A stretch of DNA of 63,247 bases, filler included, from Octopus bimaculoides (taxonomy: Eukaryota), in NCBI RefSeq assembly GCF_001194135.2. It is 4 parts of 3 records of this genome, joined end to end, with 100 filler letters (N's around TTAATTAATTAA, not from the genome) between each part and the next. Parts side by side here need not be neighbours in the genome. Positions count along the whole stretch, not along the records: positions 1 to 14,231 come from NC_068997.1; 3 more parts are not named here. One strand, written 5' to 3'. This document shows, one piece after another, positions 1 through 11,765 of this stretch. Position 1 is the stretch's first letter; each line of letters begins with the position of its first letter. A model generated the notes under the pieces. That model had not been told where the DNA came from. It made no database searches and saw nothing but the letters and a program-made list of their open reading frames with translations. Position numbers and translations under genes: made by a program.

Positions 1-32
<32 letters not shown>

Positions 33-1489
33 CTGTGTGTATGTGTATACATATCTAAGTATATAAACACATATATGTAGATAAATATACTCACAAGCAC
101 AACACATGCATGTACGTAAGTATATAGGTATGTACTTACGAATGTCTGTATGTTTGTTTGTATGTGTGTATGTATGTATGTATGTATGTATGTATGTATG
201 TATTTATGTATGTATGTATCCCAAGTTGCTGGAAATAGAGTTGCTTGCCGATGCGAGACAAATTGGACGCAGCTCTAGCTAACTCAATAATATCCATAAA
301 GTTTTACACTTCGAAAGTATGGCGGTCATTTGTGTTTCTGATGGGTTGCAAGTGAAAATTATGAAAAACGAGAGACATATAAATAAGATATGCAGCGTTA
401 AAGAGAGTGGGAAAAGCCTTCAGTAATGAAAATAAGCATACATATGCACAATCCTATACACGTATAAATGTACGTATATATATATATATATNNNNNNNNN
501 NNNNNNNNNNNNNNNNNNNNNNNNNNNNNNNNNNNNNNNNNNNNNNNNNNNNNNNNNNNNNNNNNNNNNNNNNNNNNNNNNNNNNNNNNNNNNNNNNNNN
601 NNNNNNNNNNNNNNNNNNNNNNNNNNNNNNNNNNNNNNNNNNNNNNNNNNNNNNNNNNNNNNNNNNNNNNNNNNNNNNNNNNNNNNNNNNNNNNNNNNNN
701 NNNNNNNNNNNNNNNNNNNNNNNNNNNNNNNNNNNNNNNNNNNNNNNNNNNNNNNNNNNNNNNNNNNNNNNNNNNNNNNNNNNNNNNNNNNNNNNNNNNN
801 NNNNNNNNNNNNNNNNNNNNNNNNNNNNNNNNNNNNNNNNNNNNNNNNNNNNNNNNNNNNNNNNNNNNNNNNNNNNNNNNNNNNNNNNNNNNNNNNNNNN
901 NNNNNNNNNNNNNNNNNNNNNNNNNNNNNNNNNNNNNNNNNNNNNNNNNNNNNNNNNNNNNNNNNNNNNNNNNNNNNNNNNNNNNNNNNNNNNNNNNNNN
1001 NNNNNNNNNNNNNNNNNNNNNNNNNNNNNNNNNNNNNNNNNNNNNNNNNNNNNNNNNNNNNNNNNNNNNNNNNNNNNNNNNNNNNNNNNNNNNNNNNNNN
1101 NNNNNNNNNNNNNNNNNNNNNNNNNNNNNNNNNNNNNNNNNNNNNNNNNNNNNNNNNNNNNNNNNNNNNNNNNNNNNNNNNNNNNNNNNNNNNNNNNNNN
1201 NNNNNNNNNNNNNNNNNNNNNNNNNNNNNNNNNNNNNNNNNNNNNNNNNNNNNNNNNNNNNNNNNNNNNNNNNNNNNNNNNNNNNNNNNNNNNNNNNNNN
1301 NNNNNNNNNNNNNNNNNNNNNNNNNNNNNNNNNNNNNNNNNNNNNNNNNNNNNNNNNNNNNNNNNNNNNNNNNNNNNNNNNNNNNNNNNNNNNNNNNNNN
1401 NNNNNNNNNNNNNNNNNNNNNNNNNNNNNNNNNNNNNNNNNNNNNNNNNNNNNNNNNNNNNNNNNNATATATATACATATTCATATCTA

Positions 1490-1563
<74 letters not shown>

Positions 1564-1779
1564 TGGCTAACGGAAACATTTATCTCCAGCTCTCCTATGT
1601 ACACAGTTCTCTAGAATTTCTACGATCCTATCTCGCAAGATTTTCATATACGAACGTATGTATTAATAACTATATATACAAGAAGTTCTGAAAAATTATC
1701 CACACCTTCGCCAACACCTTCTTAATATTGGCCACACTGCCTTCAGGTGTGTTAAGGTTTGAAATTAATCGCTTGCTTT

Positions 1780-2775
1780 CTGTACAATACAGGGACAATA
1801 CTCTACCGCGTAGAAATGTGTATGAGCGTATCGAGAAGTTTTAAAATGGCCGGGCAACGGTGATGCACGAAGAGGAAGCAAGACGTCCCTTTAAACTCCG
1901 CCATTCATGTGAAGATTCAACCAGATCGAGAGATGGTTCTAGCGAACCGAAGAGTGCCTTTCGATGGAGTCTTATGTTCTTTACGAATTAGTCATAGTTC
2001 CTCCACGAGCTTCACTTTTGTAAAATGCGAAATTAGTGCCAAATGGGCTTACTGAAGCTCATAAGCGCAAACATGTGCAGACCTGTCAATGCTTACTCGA
2101 CCGCTACAGCCTTGAATGCGAACATTTTTTTTTTTTTTTTTTTTTTTGAGAGAATAGTCACAAGAGTTGAGACCTGGGTCCATTATTTTGAGTCAGAAGC
2201 CAAAAGGTAATATATGGAGTGGAAACACTCGGAGTCACCAGCGAAAAACGAATTCAAAACTCAACTTTTGACAGAAAAGGTTATGCTAACCATTTTTTGG
2301 AACTCAAAGGAACTTATACTCAAACATCAAATATTATCTGGAAAAGGGATCTACGGTCACCTGTGCAGGCTAACGGAAAATGCTGGTTAGCAAACTGAAA
2401 CGAGCAAGTGGCACCAAACGCCGATGTCTGTTTTCAAAACAACTGTTATTGCTGCACGACAATGTACGCCAATGCACGGTCGCCCTCCATCTTTGAAAGC
2501 ATTCAAAAATTGGGTTTCCTGTTATCGAAACACACAGCATACAGGCTAAATCTGGACCCTTCTGGTTATCACCTCTGTCGACCGCTCAAAATTCCTTTAA
2601 ATGGCTGCTCAAGCAGGCGAAAACCATCTTTGCGATGAAGTATGCAAGCCTGTGAACCACTGGAAGTTAGTGCATCGAAAAGGAAGGAGACTATGTTGAG
2701 ATATGGTGCAATGGCTCAAATCCTGCACTTAACGAATTACAGAAACAAGAGTGTGTAGAAGTCTTTACTGACTCC
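1780..2775 (+). mobile_element. Decayed mariner (Tc1/mariner DDD) transposase remnant
   Basis: Frameshifted pieces read RRNVYERIEKF..GRATVMHEE, ETWVHYFESEAKR, MEWKHSESPAKNEFK, KVMLTIFWNSK, LLLLHDNVRQ, DPSGYHL..PLK and EGDYVE. These match the mariner DETW / KVM.xFWD / HDNARPH / D(L)PSDYHLF / GDYVE motifs. A poly-T run interrupts at about 2125-2147. Confidence 0.9.
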
Positions 2776-2854
2776 AGTATATTTATACATTTTTAAATGT
2801 ATATCTTTTAAACTATATATACATACGCACCAACACACAAGTGTGTATGTGCTT

Positions 2855-2957
<103 letters not shown>

Positions 2958-3920
2958 CACACACACATATATACACACGCGCAGGCGCACACACACACAC
3001 GGATGAATGTCAGATTATGTTCATATTTGTCGTCCTTCCATCATTGCATTTTATTTCAATTTTTTTTTAATTAATTTCTAAATATCTTTTTTTTTTAATT
3101 CGTTTATTTATTTATTTATTTCGTATAAATTGTTCACAGATTAATTTAATCATATGTTGAATCCACTGTGGACATTTATAACAATAATTGAAAGTTAGAC
3201 AAATAATAGCTCCACTTCTATGCATGTATTTACTTAAAAAGCTAATATTACCATTCATTGATTGTGAAACGGAATATTGCACGATGTCGGAAGATGTCAG
3301 GGAGATAATGACCTTAACTTTTAACTGCTACACTTTTATTTTTAATTCCCGCCCGAGGAATCCCAAAGAGACTCTTTGAAATAATTTGACTGTCTAATTT
3401 CAAATTAAAATCGAGAATTCATTTAATTTTCTACACTCTCTTCCCTCTTCGAATTGAGATCGTGTGTGTCTGTTTGTGTATTTTCTGCATGAAGCTGCCT
3501 ATATACGTGTGACATATATATATATCTATATATGTATGTATGCATGTTTGTACGTGTGTATGTATCTATGTATGCGTGTATACATATGAACATCTTTTCA
3601 TGTGTTTATTTAGATACACATGTGAGTTTGTGTGTATATGACCTTACCATTTAACTGTCCGTTTACGTAAGGGTTTATATTCCTGTATTTTCTCCTTCAT
3701 ACGCCACGTTCTGAATGCTTATTATACATTTGTTTATTGCTTCTTATATCGTCATTCAGAGACTGTCTTAAAATATTCATACGTTTGTTTTGCATCGTCT
3801 CTTTTTATTGTTGGTTCCTTGTTCTAATTGTTAGGTACTAGCTTAGCGTATGTGTGTCTGCATGTATATGAATGTTTACACACATACACACGCACGTGTA
3901 TATTGGCTCGTATATTAGTT

Positions 3921-4134
3921 TCAAATTTTGGCACAAGGCCAGCAATTTTCGTGGGGCGGGGGTAGCTAAGTCGATTAACTGAATACCAGGGCTCAAATGG
4001 TACTTATTTTATCGACCCCTAAAGGCTGAAAAGCAAAGGCGACCACGGTAGCTTTGAACCCAGAACGTAAAGGAGGAGAAAATACTGCTGAGCATTTTGC
4101 CCGCCGTGGTAACGACTTTGCCAGCTCGCCGTCT
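3921..4134 (-). mobile_element. tRNA-derived SINE, family A
   Basis: The reverse complement has the head ggcgagctggcaaagtcgttacc, a B-box-like gggttcaaagc and the core ..ggggtcgataaaataagtacc shared with about 15 other copies in the window. Confidence 0.85.
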
Positions 4135-4168
4135 TATTGGCATATATATTGACTGCATGTATATTTAT

Positions 4169-4227
<59 letters not shown>

Positions 4228-4268
4228 NNNNNNNNNNNNNNNNNNNNNNNATAGATATAGATGTATTC

Positions 4269-4448
4269 TTTTCTACTCAAAGTACAAGGTCCGAAATTTT
4301 AGTGAAGAGGGCCAGTTGATTAGATTGATCCCAGTACTCAACTGGTACTTAATTTATCGACCCCGAAAGGATGAAAGGCAAGGTCCACCTCGGCAGAATT
4401 TGAACTCAGAACGTAAAGACAGACGCAACATGCTAGGCATTTCACCCG

Positions 4449-4451
<3 letters not shown>
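4269..4451 (-). mobile_element. SINE family A, head truncated by (CA)n
   Basis: The reverse complement of gagttcaaattctgccgaggtggaccttgcctttcatcctttcggggtcgataaattaagtaccagtt is present. Confidence 0.85.
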
Positions 4452-4480
<29 letters not shown>

Positions 4481-4481
<1 letters not shown>

Positions 4482-5075
4482 ACGGTCAAGGAAAGACTGC
4501 CATTGAGAAAGATCCACGTATAACCACTCGATAACTGGCAAAAGAACTTGAAAGAAGTTAGCAAGAAAGCTGAAAACTGCCTGCAACCATTTGCATGCGA
4601 TCGAAAAATTAAAAAAGCTCGACAAATGAGTACCACACGATTTGAATGAAAATCAGAAAATGCGTGGATATGAAATTTGCTTGTCGCTTCTCCGTAGCCA
4701 GACAGATCTATTTCTCGACCGTATTGTGTCTTACGATGAAAAGTGGATTCTGTACAATAATAAAAGACGTTCTCCGCAGTGGGTGGACCAAAATGAAGCA
4801 CCAAAAACCTTCCCCAAACTCGAATTCTTCAAAAAGAAGGTTATGGTGATTGTTTAGGATTTACTGCTGGACTCATCAACTATAAATTCTTAAAACCCGG
4901 AAAAACTCTCACTGCAGAAACATATTGCCATGAAATTGCCAAAATGAAAGAAAAACTGCTACTCCACCATTCCAGACTGATCAACAGAAAAGGGCTAAAC
5001 ATTTTTTATGACGATGCTTGACCACACGTTTCACTAATGACGGTCCAGAAGTTGAGGAAACTTGGCTGCGTGGTT
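4481..5075 (+). mobile_element. Decayed Mos1/Hsmar-type mariner transposase fragment
   Basis: Reads KTAIEKDPRITTR, then (W)VPHDLNENQKMRGYEICLSLL..FLDRIVSYDEKWILYNNKRRSPQWVDQNEAPKTFPK..KKVMVIV, followed by NYKFLKPGKTLTAETYC and IFYDDA*PHVS. These are the WVPHEL, DEKW and HDNARPH equivalents. Confidence 0.92.
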
Positions 5076-5094
5076 CTTCAAACATGAACAAGCA

Positions 5095-5245
5095 AGAAAA
5101 CAAACACGAAAAAACAACAACCTGAGGACGTGGAATAAGTACAGTGTTATTGGATGCTCAGGAAAGGAAAGAAAAAAAAGAGGATTTAACGTTTCGAGCG
5201 GAGCTGTTCGTCAGAAATATAGGAAAAGTCCAAAGAAGGGAAGAC
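5095..5245 (-). mobile_element. Penelope-like element terminal (pLTR) fragment with hammerhead-like motif
   Basis: The minus strand reads attt-ctgacga-a-cagctccgctc-gaaacgtt-aaat. The flank is related to the reverse complement of 5880-5965. Confidence 0.65.
5184..5218 (-). ncRNA. Minimal type I hammerhead ribozyme-like motif (canonical CUGACGA core, stem II base 10.1 mismatched)
   Basis: Contains CUGACGA, stem II (c)agc-ucc-gcuc, GAAAC, a GUU cleavage triplet and a 4-bp stem I auuu/aaau. Confidence 0.55.
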
Positions 5246-5739
5246 NNNNNNNNNNNNNNNNNNNNNNNNNNNNNNNNNNNNNNNNNNNNNNNNNNNNNNN
5301 NNNNNNNNNNNNNNNNNNNNNNNNNNNNNNNNNNNNNNNNNNNNNNNNNNNNNNNNNNNNNNNNNNNNNNNNNNNNNNNNNNNNNNNNNNNNNNNNNNNN
5401 NNNNNNNNNNNNNNNNNNNNNNNNNNNNNNNNNNNNNNNNNNNNNNNNNNNNNNNNNNNNNNNNNNNNNNNNNNNNNNNNNNNNNNNNNNNNNNNNNNNN
5501 NNNNNNNNNNNNNNNNNNNNNNNNNNNNNNNNNNNNNNNNNNNNNNNNNNNNNNNNNNNNNNNNNNNNNNNNNNNNNNNNNNNNNNNNNNNNNNNNNNNN
5601 NNNNNNNNNNNNNNNNNNNNNNNNNNNNNNNNNNNNNNNNNNNNNNNNNNNNNNNNNNNNNNNNNNNNNNNNNNNNNNNNNNNNNNNATATACATATATA
5701 TATATATATACATATATATTAGCTCTCCTGAAAAAAGAA

Positions 5740-5968
5740 TTTCTAACTTCCGGTCAGCCATTGTTATGATCAGCCATTATTATGATTGACCGTTGACTGG
5801 ACACTATTCAATTTTTTTTCTCCGTGTTTTTCTCCTTGTCTCCGTATTCTTTCTGTTGAAGAGCGTAGCTCGAAACGTCAAAGACTTTCCGTATTCCCGA
5901 GCGTCATACTAATACATCCTTTTGTTATTTACACCACCTGTCCTCGTCTGTTGTTGTTTTTTCGTATA
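5740..5968 (+). mobile_element. Penelope-like element terminal fragment
   Basis: Contains ttctgttgaagagcgtagctcgaaacgtcaaagactttccgtattcccgagcgtc. A homologous inverted copy lies at 26525-26700. Confidence 0.65.
5848..5884 (+). ncRNA. Minimal hammerhead-like motif with variant core CUGUUGA
   Basis: Stem I tcttt (5848-52) / aaaga (5880-84), core ctgttga, an extra A, stem II gagc-gta-gctc, then GAAA-C-GUC. Confidence 0.55.
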
Positions 5969-5991
5969 TTCTCCCATATATATATATATAT

Positions 5992-6032
<41 letters not shown>

Positions 6033-6490
6033 TGTATTTATACATACATAAACACATACGCACATGCATACATACATACATACATACATACATACATACA
6101 TACATACATAGGGAGCACACGCTCAAATACACATACCATAGTTTGTTTAATTACACGGGAACTTATCGGATTAACAGCCTCTGCTGTTGGCGTTATCTTT
6201 AATTTCAATTTGTATTTCTATCGGGAGAATTCCCATTTGGGTGATTCTTCGTCGAAACGTTTCTTTCTAACACATCGAAGATGATATCAAAAGGAAAGAT
6301 CTAGAAACTTTCAAAATCTGATATTTTATGTAAATAATAATGATAACTCACCGGAAATCTTGATAAACTAATGAAATTGTTTGTCAATTTATTGTGTGAA
6401 TATGTGGTGCGTGTGTGTTTGTGTATATGTATAAGTATATGCGTTGGCATGAATATGTATGCTTTTGTAGTTCTGTTTACGTGTACATGC

Positions 6491-6524
<34 letters not shown>

Positions 6525-6747
6525 CGGGATTTTTCTCAGTTTGTCTAAGTAAATTGCAATTATCTGAAGTGGAATAGTTGCTGTTGGTGGCGTTTGTTGT
6601 TAGTGAAATTTGCCGGTGCTGCCGTTGTTTTGTCTTAAGGCCATACCTGATTTTAACTAATCTACGATAAAATGTGTTCCAGCCGTGACCATACCATTTA
6701 TTTTATATTTCGTGGAGTAGTGCATTGTAATGGGGAAGAAGGAAAAA

Positions 6748-6886
6748 GCTTGCGATAATTTGAATGGCGTTAGTGTTTGGTGTGACAGCGGCAACAGTCA
6801 TGGTGTTAGTGATAAACGCCAACGGTGCTGTGATCGGTATTGGTCGTAACGTAGGGGTTCGAACTGGCGTGACTGCTGACACTTTT
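6748..6886. repeat. Diverged direct repeat, copy 1 (copy 2 at 7698-7848)
   Basis: gcttgcgataatttgaatggcgttagtgtttggtgtgacagcggcaacagtcatggtgtt...gaactggcgtgactgctgac recurs at 7698 with substitutions and a small insertion. Confidence 0.8.
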
Positions 6887-7269
6887 TCCACTGGAATCTT
6901 CGTTATCGAATGAGTATTTTCTCTTGTAAGTCAGTAGGGTTTGATTTGAAGGAGATACGGCTGCTGTTTTGGGCATAAAAGCTCCGTCGCTGGCAAGATC
7001 TTTCTCGTGAAATTGGTCCGTACGTTTCTACGGATCGCAATATAATTTGGCTGCTGTTGTCATTTAGCCCGAAGTCCGACCTCACGGAAGAGACGTATGA
7101 TCAAAGACGTTCCACTCATGGCAATTCTGTAGTTTTTGTAGATCTAGAAATACATTTTTAAATGTTTTCTTCCTTTTTAAAACGCTTTTAATTGTGAATC
7201 GAGAGAACTTACTTGCTATTTCCTGCAGACCGAGTGTAGAGGCTACTATCGTAATGTTGGTCATTGACA

Positions 7270-8030
7270 TAGTGGAATTTGGTGAGGGATGTTAGCGATA
7301 AGTGTGGTAGAAGAGGAGGTGAAGGCGGTGGAATTGGTACCAGTACTGGTTCTCGTGTTGTCGTTGATTTTGTTCTTGCTGATGGAGATGACATGAGGCT
7401 AGCGGCGGTGGTGGTGGAGGTGGTGGTTGTAAAAATTGCGTTGGTAGTAAAAGTTGTAGTGCGGCGGTGGTGGTGGTGGTGGTGGTTTGTGGTCTTGGTG
7501 GTGATAGTGGTACTAATGAATGTAATAAAATAAGTGATTGCAGAGGTGGTGGTCATAGTTGTGGAGGTGGTGGTCGTCGTGTTGGTTGTGGTGGTGGCAC
7601 ATTTGGCGGCGGCGGTATCTATGATATATGTAGCAGTTATTGTTGACGAGTAGTTGGGCGGTGGCCGTTGAATGTAGCGGTGAAGTAGGAGAGGAGGCTT
7701 GCGGTAATTAAAATGGCGATAGTGTTTGGTGTGACGACGGCAACAGTCATGGTGTTGATGATAAACGGTAATGGCACTGACATTGGTATTGGTCGTAACG
7801 CTGGTTCTAGTTATGTACGGGGTTGGAACTGGCGTGACTGTTGACGCTGACTCTAGTGATAGCGATTGACTGATTGCGCCTTTGGTCGTGGCGGTGATAG
7901 GAGCGGCGGCGGCGGCGGCTAGCGGTGGTGGTGATGGTGATGGTGGTGGCACTACTTCTGATGCGGTTACTGTAATTGTCATTGATGCTGGTGTTGGTGC
8001 TGCTGTTAGTGTTGGCGGTGCATTGTAACA
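7270..8030. repeat. Degenerate (GGT/GGC/GTN)n trinucleotide low-complexity block
   Basis: Direct inspection. It generates the spurious Thr/His/Val-rich ORFs. Confidence 0.85.
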
Positions 8031-8359
8031 CGCTTTCTTTATGGTTATTTCAAATCTCTCGGACGAAACGACAATAAAGACCAAAGCGATTGCTCTTACA
8101 TACAGATATACAATTTCGATTAGCATAATACATAATAAATAAAGGTTCAAGAGTTCTGTTGGTGCCAATTCTGAGACTCAATCGCAAACAATATATTAAT
8201 TATTACTTCAGTCATTATTTTTTTAATTATTTATTCATCTATTTTCTGCTTGTCTGATCTGATTTTATCTCTTAGATGTTAGAAGTATAGTAAGTTATTG
8301 TGGGAAATGAACGGGTCTGATAGCATAAATAGTAGAGAGACTATATGACTATGCCTCTC

Positions 8360-8365
8360 ACTATT

Positions 8366-8398
<33 letters not shown>

Positions 8399-8850
8399 CC
8401 TTTTATTTCTCCCTCTCCTCACCATCTCCCCTTCTCTCCAACATCCCTCCTCGTAATCTCTCTCCCACTTTCTCATCCCTCTCTATTCCCTCTCCTATCC
8501 CACTCTCTTCTCTTATCCTTTTCTCCTTCTGCTCCTCTGCTCTTCTATCTTCCCCTCTCTTATCTTATTTCTCGCTTTTCCTTTTCCTCTCCTCCGGTCT
8601 TTACTCACTCACTCTCCTTGTCTTTTCCTCTCTCTTCCTCCCCTGTCTCCCTTCTCCGTCTCTCATCCACTCTCTCTCCCTTTCTCCTCTTTCTCTTCCT
8701 ACCTTCCTCTCTTTGTTTCTCTCTCTCTCTCCCTGTCTCCCTCTCTTACTCTCTCTATATATATCTATCTATCTATATATCTATCTATTTATCTATCGAT
8801 CTATCTATTTATCTATCAATTCATGTATCAATCTATCGTATCTATCTTCT
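8360..8850. repeat. Long polypyrimidine (CT-rich) tract followed by (TATC)n
   Basis: About 400 bp almost exclusively C/T on the + strand. Confidence 0.9.
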
Positions 8851-9091
8851 TCGTGACTTACAGTAGCTGTAAACACTGGGTTTTTCTACCATGTTGAATC
8901 GACTACTATAACATAAATCATATAGAAAGTGGACACGTACTTTCATCGTTAAAACGTTGGCTACAATGCCTTGTGGTTTTTGATCCGATTCTCTGCACTC
9001 TAAGTTGAAATCCCACTGAGGTCAATTTCACTTTCATACATTGGAAGTTGATGAAAATAAAAGTACCAAATCAAGTTGATGAATTAACTTA

Positions 9092-9322
9092 CCTGTTAGA
9101 GCGTTTGGCACCATACGAATGACGGTGACATCATATCGGCTGTTGATGACTTTTTTCACCAACAAGACAAAAGCTTCTTCACAATTGGACTCAAGCACTG
9201 CAATACCAATAGAAGAAGTGTGTGAACTGCAACGGGGAGCTATGTTAAAAAATAAACCTCATTTGGTCACCTTCCATGAGAGTATCTTAGTCGGCCTATG
9301 AACTTTTCAGCCGAGCATCGTA
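9092..9322 (+). mobile_element. Mariner 3' end with right TIR
   Basis: Transposase C-terminal remnant (DIISAVDDFF..QDKSFF..ALQ..KKCVNCNGSYVKK), then ..ggcctatgaacttttcagccgagcatcgta, a mariner-type TIR ending in TA. Confidence 0.8.
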
Positions 9323-9714
9323 CTTTGAGGTATCTATTCCGTCATATGGCATCCTAACCTCCATGCCTGCGATGGTACCAGCGCCAAGCTGCTGCATCCT
9401 CTCTACTGCAACAGACTTTTTCTTTGGACAACATCGGGGATGTGAAAAAGGGAGACCTGCATGAACGAGCAACGGTCAGTCTTTCGCAAAAAAAATTTTT
9501 CATGAACTTGACATGTTTACTTCGTACTAGGTGTAGTGTAAACTCTAATCGGCAGGGGACCCTACAATGGACTCTCTGATAATTTAAGCTATTTCTGTAC
9601 ACAGCACAACAGGAATCTGAATGTGGATTTATAAGATTTAAAAAACACGTTATTATTAAATAATAAAAGCGGCGACCTGGCAGAATCGTTAGCACTCTGG
9701 ACGAAATGCTTAAC

Positions 9715-9774
<60 letters not shown>

Positions 9775-11564
9775 NNNNNNNNNNNNNNNNNNNNNNNNNN
9801 NNNNNNNNNNNNNNNNNNNNNNNNNNNNNNNNNNNNNNNNNNNNNNNNNNNNNNNNNNNNNNNNNNNNNNNNNNNNNNNNNNNNNNNNNNNNNNNNNNNN
9901 NNNNNNNNNNNNNNNNNNNNNNNNNNNNNNNNNNNNNNNNNNNNNNNNNNNNNNNNNNNNNNNNNNNNNNNNNNNNNNNNNNNNNNNNNNNNNNNNNNNN
10001 NNNNNNNNNNNNNNNNNNNNNNNNNNNNNNNNNNNNNNNNNNNNNNNNNNNNNNNNNNNNNNNNNNNNNNNNNNNNNNNNNNNNNNNNNNNNNNNNNNNN
10101 NNNNNNNNNNNNNNNNNNNNNNNNNNNNNNNNNNNNNNNNNNNNNNNNNNNNNNNNNNNNNNNNNNNNNNNNNNNNNNNNNNNNNNNNNNNNNNNNNNNN
10201 NNNNNNNNNNNNNNNNNNNNNNNNNNNNNNNNNNNNNNNNNNNNNNNNNNNNNNNNNNNNNNNNNNNNNNNNNNNNNNNNNNNNNNNNNNNNNNNNNNNN
10301 NNNNNNNNNNNNNNNNNNNNNNNNNNNNNNNNNNNNNNNNNNNNNNNNNNNNNNNNNNNNNNNNNNNNNNNNNNNNNNNNNNNNNNNNNNNNNNNNNNNN
10401 NNNNNNNNNNNNNNNNNNNNNNNNNNNNNNNNNNNNNNNNNNNNNNNNNNNNNNNNNNNNNNNNNNNNNNNNNNNNNNNNNNNNNNNNNNNNNNNNNNNN
10501 NNNNNNNNNNNNNNNNNNNNNNNNNNNNNNNNNNNNNNNNNNNNNNNNNNNNNNNNNNNNNNNNNNNNNNNNNNNNNNNNNNNNNNNNNNNNNNNNNNNN
10601 NNNNNNNNNNNNNNNNNNNNNNTATATATACATAAATGTATAGTTAGTTAGTTAGTTAGTAAGTACATTCAAGTCACCGCCAGCAGCAAGGAATGGTAAA
10701 TAGAGTCGCTCGCAGAACAGACAAATAGTAGAAACTTGAAGCAGTTACATGATATGTCCAACGGAAATACGATTTACCAATAAGCCATTAACTTTTGGCA
10801 GCTGCTTCCTTTCACGTATACAGTACACATGTTTATACGGGCATGTGTATAAGTGTGCTCACGTGTATAACACAATGTAATGTAGTGAGTGTATACATGC
10901 ATATCGGCCCGGCCTATTTACGAACATTTGTGAATGGTAGTCAGTGTTTTGATTTCGCCTTTTAAGAAAATTAATGTGTTTTAGTTTCTTTTGTTGGTTG
11001 TTTTTTTCTTTTGTTTTTTTTTTTGTTTTGTTTTTTTTTGCTAATCACATTAACAATTAACACCTATATTTTAGTGAACGGAAGGAAAATGAGAATGTGT
11101 GACGTTCATACAGTACAAATAATTCTAACGGTTAAATGTGGAAACAGATGGTTTCCAGCCTGCAAATGGAACTTTCATTACAAAATCGTTGCTACTGAAA
11201 TACATACTTTGGTCTATGGCACTCGTTGCTTGTACTGCTGATGGTGGTGGTGGTGGTGGTGGTGGTGGTGGTGGTGATGAAGGTAGTGATGACGGTGGTG
11301 ATAGGTAGAATGCAGTGATAGTATTTGTAGTGGTGGTGGTGGTGGTGGTGATGTCCCTGCTGCTGCTGCTGCTGCTTGTGCTTCTTGTGGTGGCGGCGGC
11401 GGTGATAATGGTATTTATTCTCGTCAACCTTCATCCGGTTCTCTTATGATGAAAGGTGTTTCAGTCATAGCTTTTACATATTTTGCTGGCTGCCTTCGAT
11501 TGTATTATCTTCAGTCTTTAAAATGGATTCTGTTATTTCTACCAAATCGAGAGACCATGCACAT

Positions 11565-11750
11565 CAGTCATGGGCAACCTGCGGCTCACGGGATTCTCTT
11601 AATGGCACACCTTAAGGAAAACTACCTTGAATTTTTTTTTTTAGAAGTGCAGCTCGACAAATGACGAGCCGTGTCTCATGTGACCCGCTTCTCTAAAAAC
11701 GCTATTCGTGCTTCATGTAATGGCTACTTTGTTGGCTAAAACAATTTGAT
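11565..11750 (+). mobile_element. Possible hAT/Charlie-type MITE left end
   Basis: cagtcatgggcaacctgcggctcacggg resembles CAG..GGGCAACCTGCGGCCCGCGGG termini. No right TIR was found. Confidence 0.4.
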
Positions 11751-11765
11751 TATTGCTAGGGGACA

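Noticed and set aside
407-1604. Long ORFs spanning N runs (also 5062-5769, 9706-10651, 17227-17998, 37641-38438, 38893-40154, 43991-44729 and others)
   Set aside because: They are open only because N codons cannot be stops. The flanks are (TA)n/(TG)n.
6215-6265. Hairpin ggagaat-tccc-attt-ggg-tg-attcttc followed by gtcgaaacgtt (possible fifth hammerhead)
   Set aside because: There is no recognisable CUGAnGA upstream, extra bases lie before GAAA, and there is no stem I partner.
7209-8168. 319-aa Thr/Pro/His-rich 'mucin-like' ORF on the minus strand
   Set aside because: It is the translation of a degenerate GGT/GGC triplet block. There is no domain or splice evidence, and similar ORFs arise from every such block.
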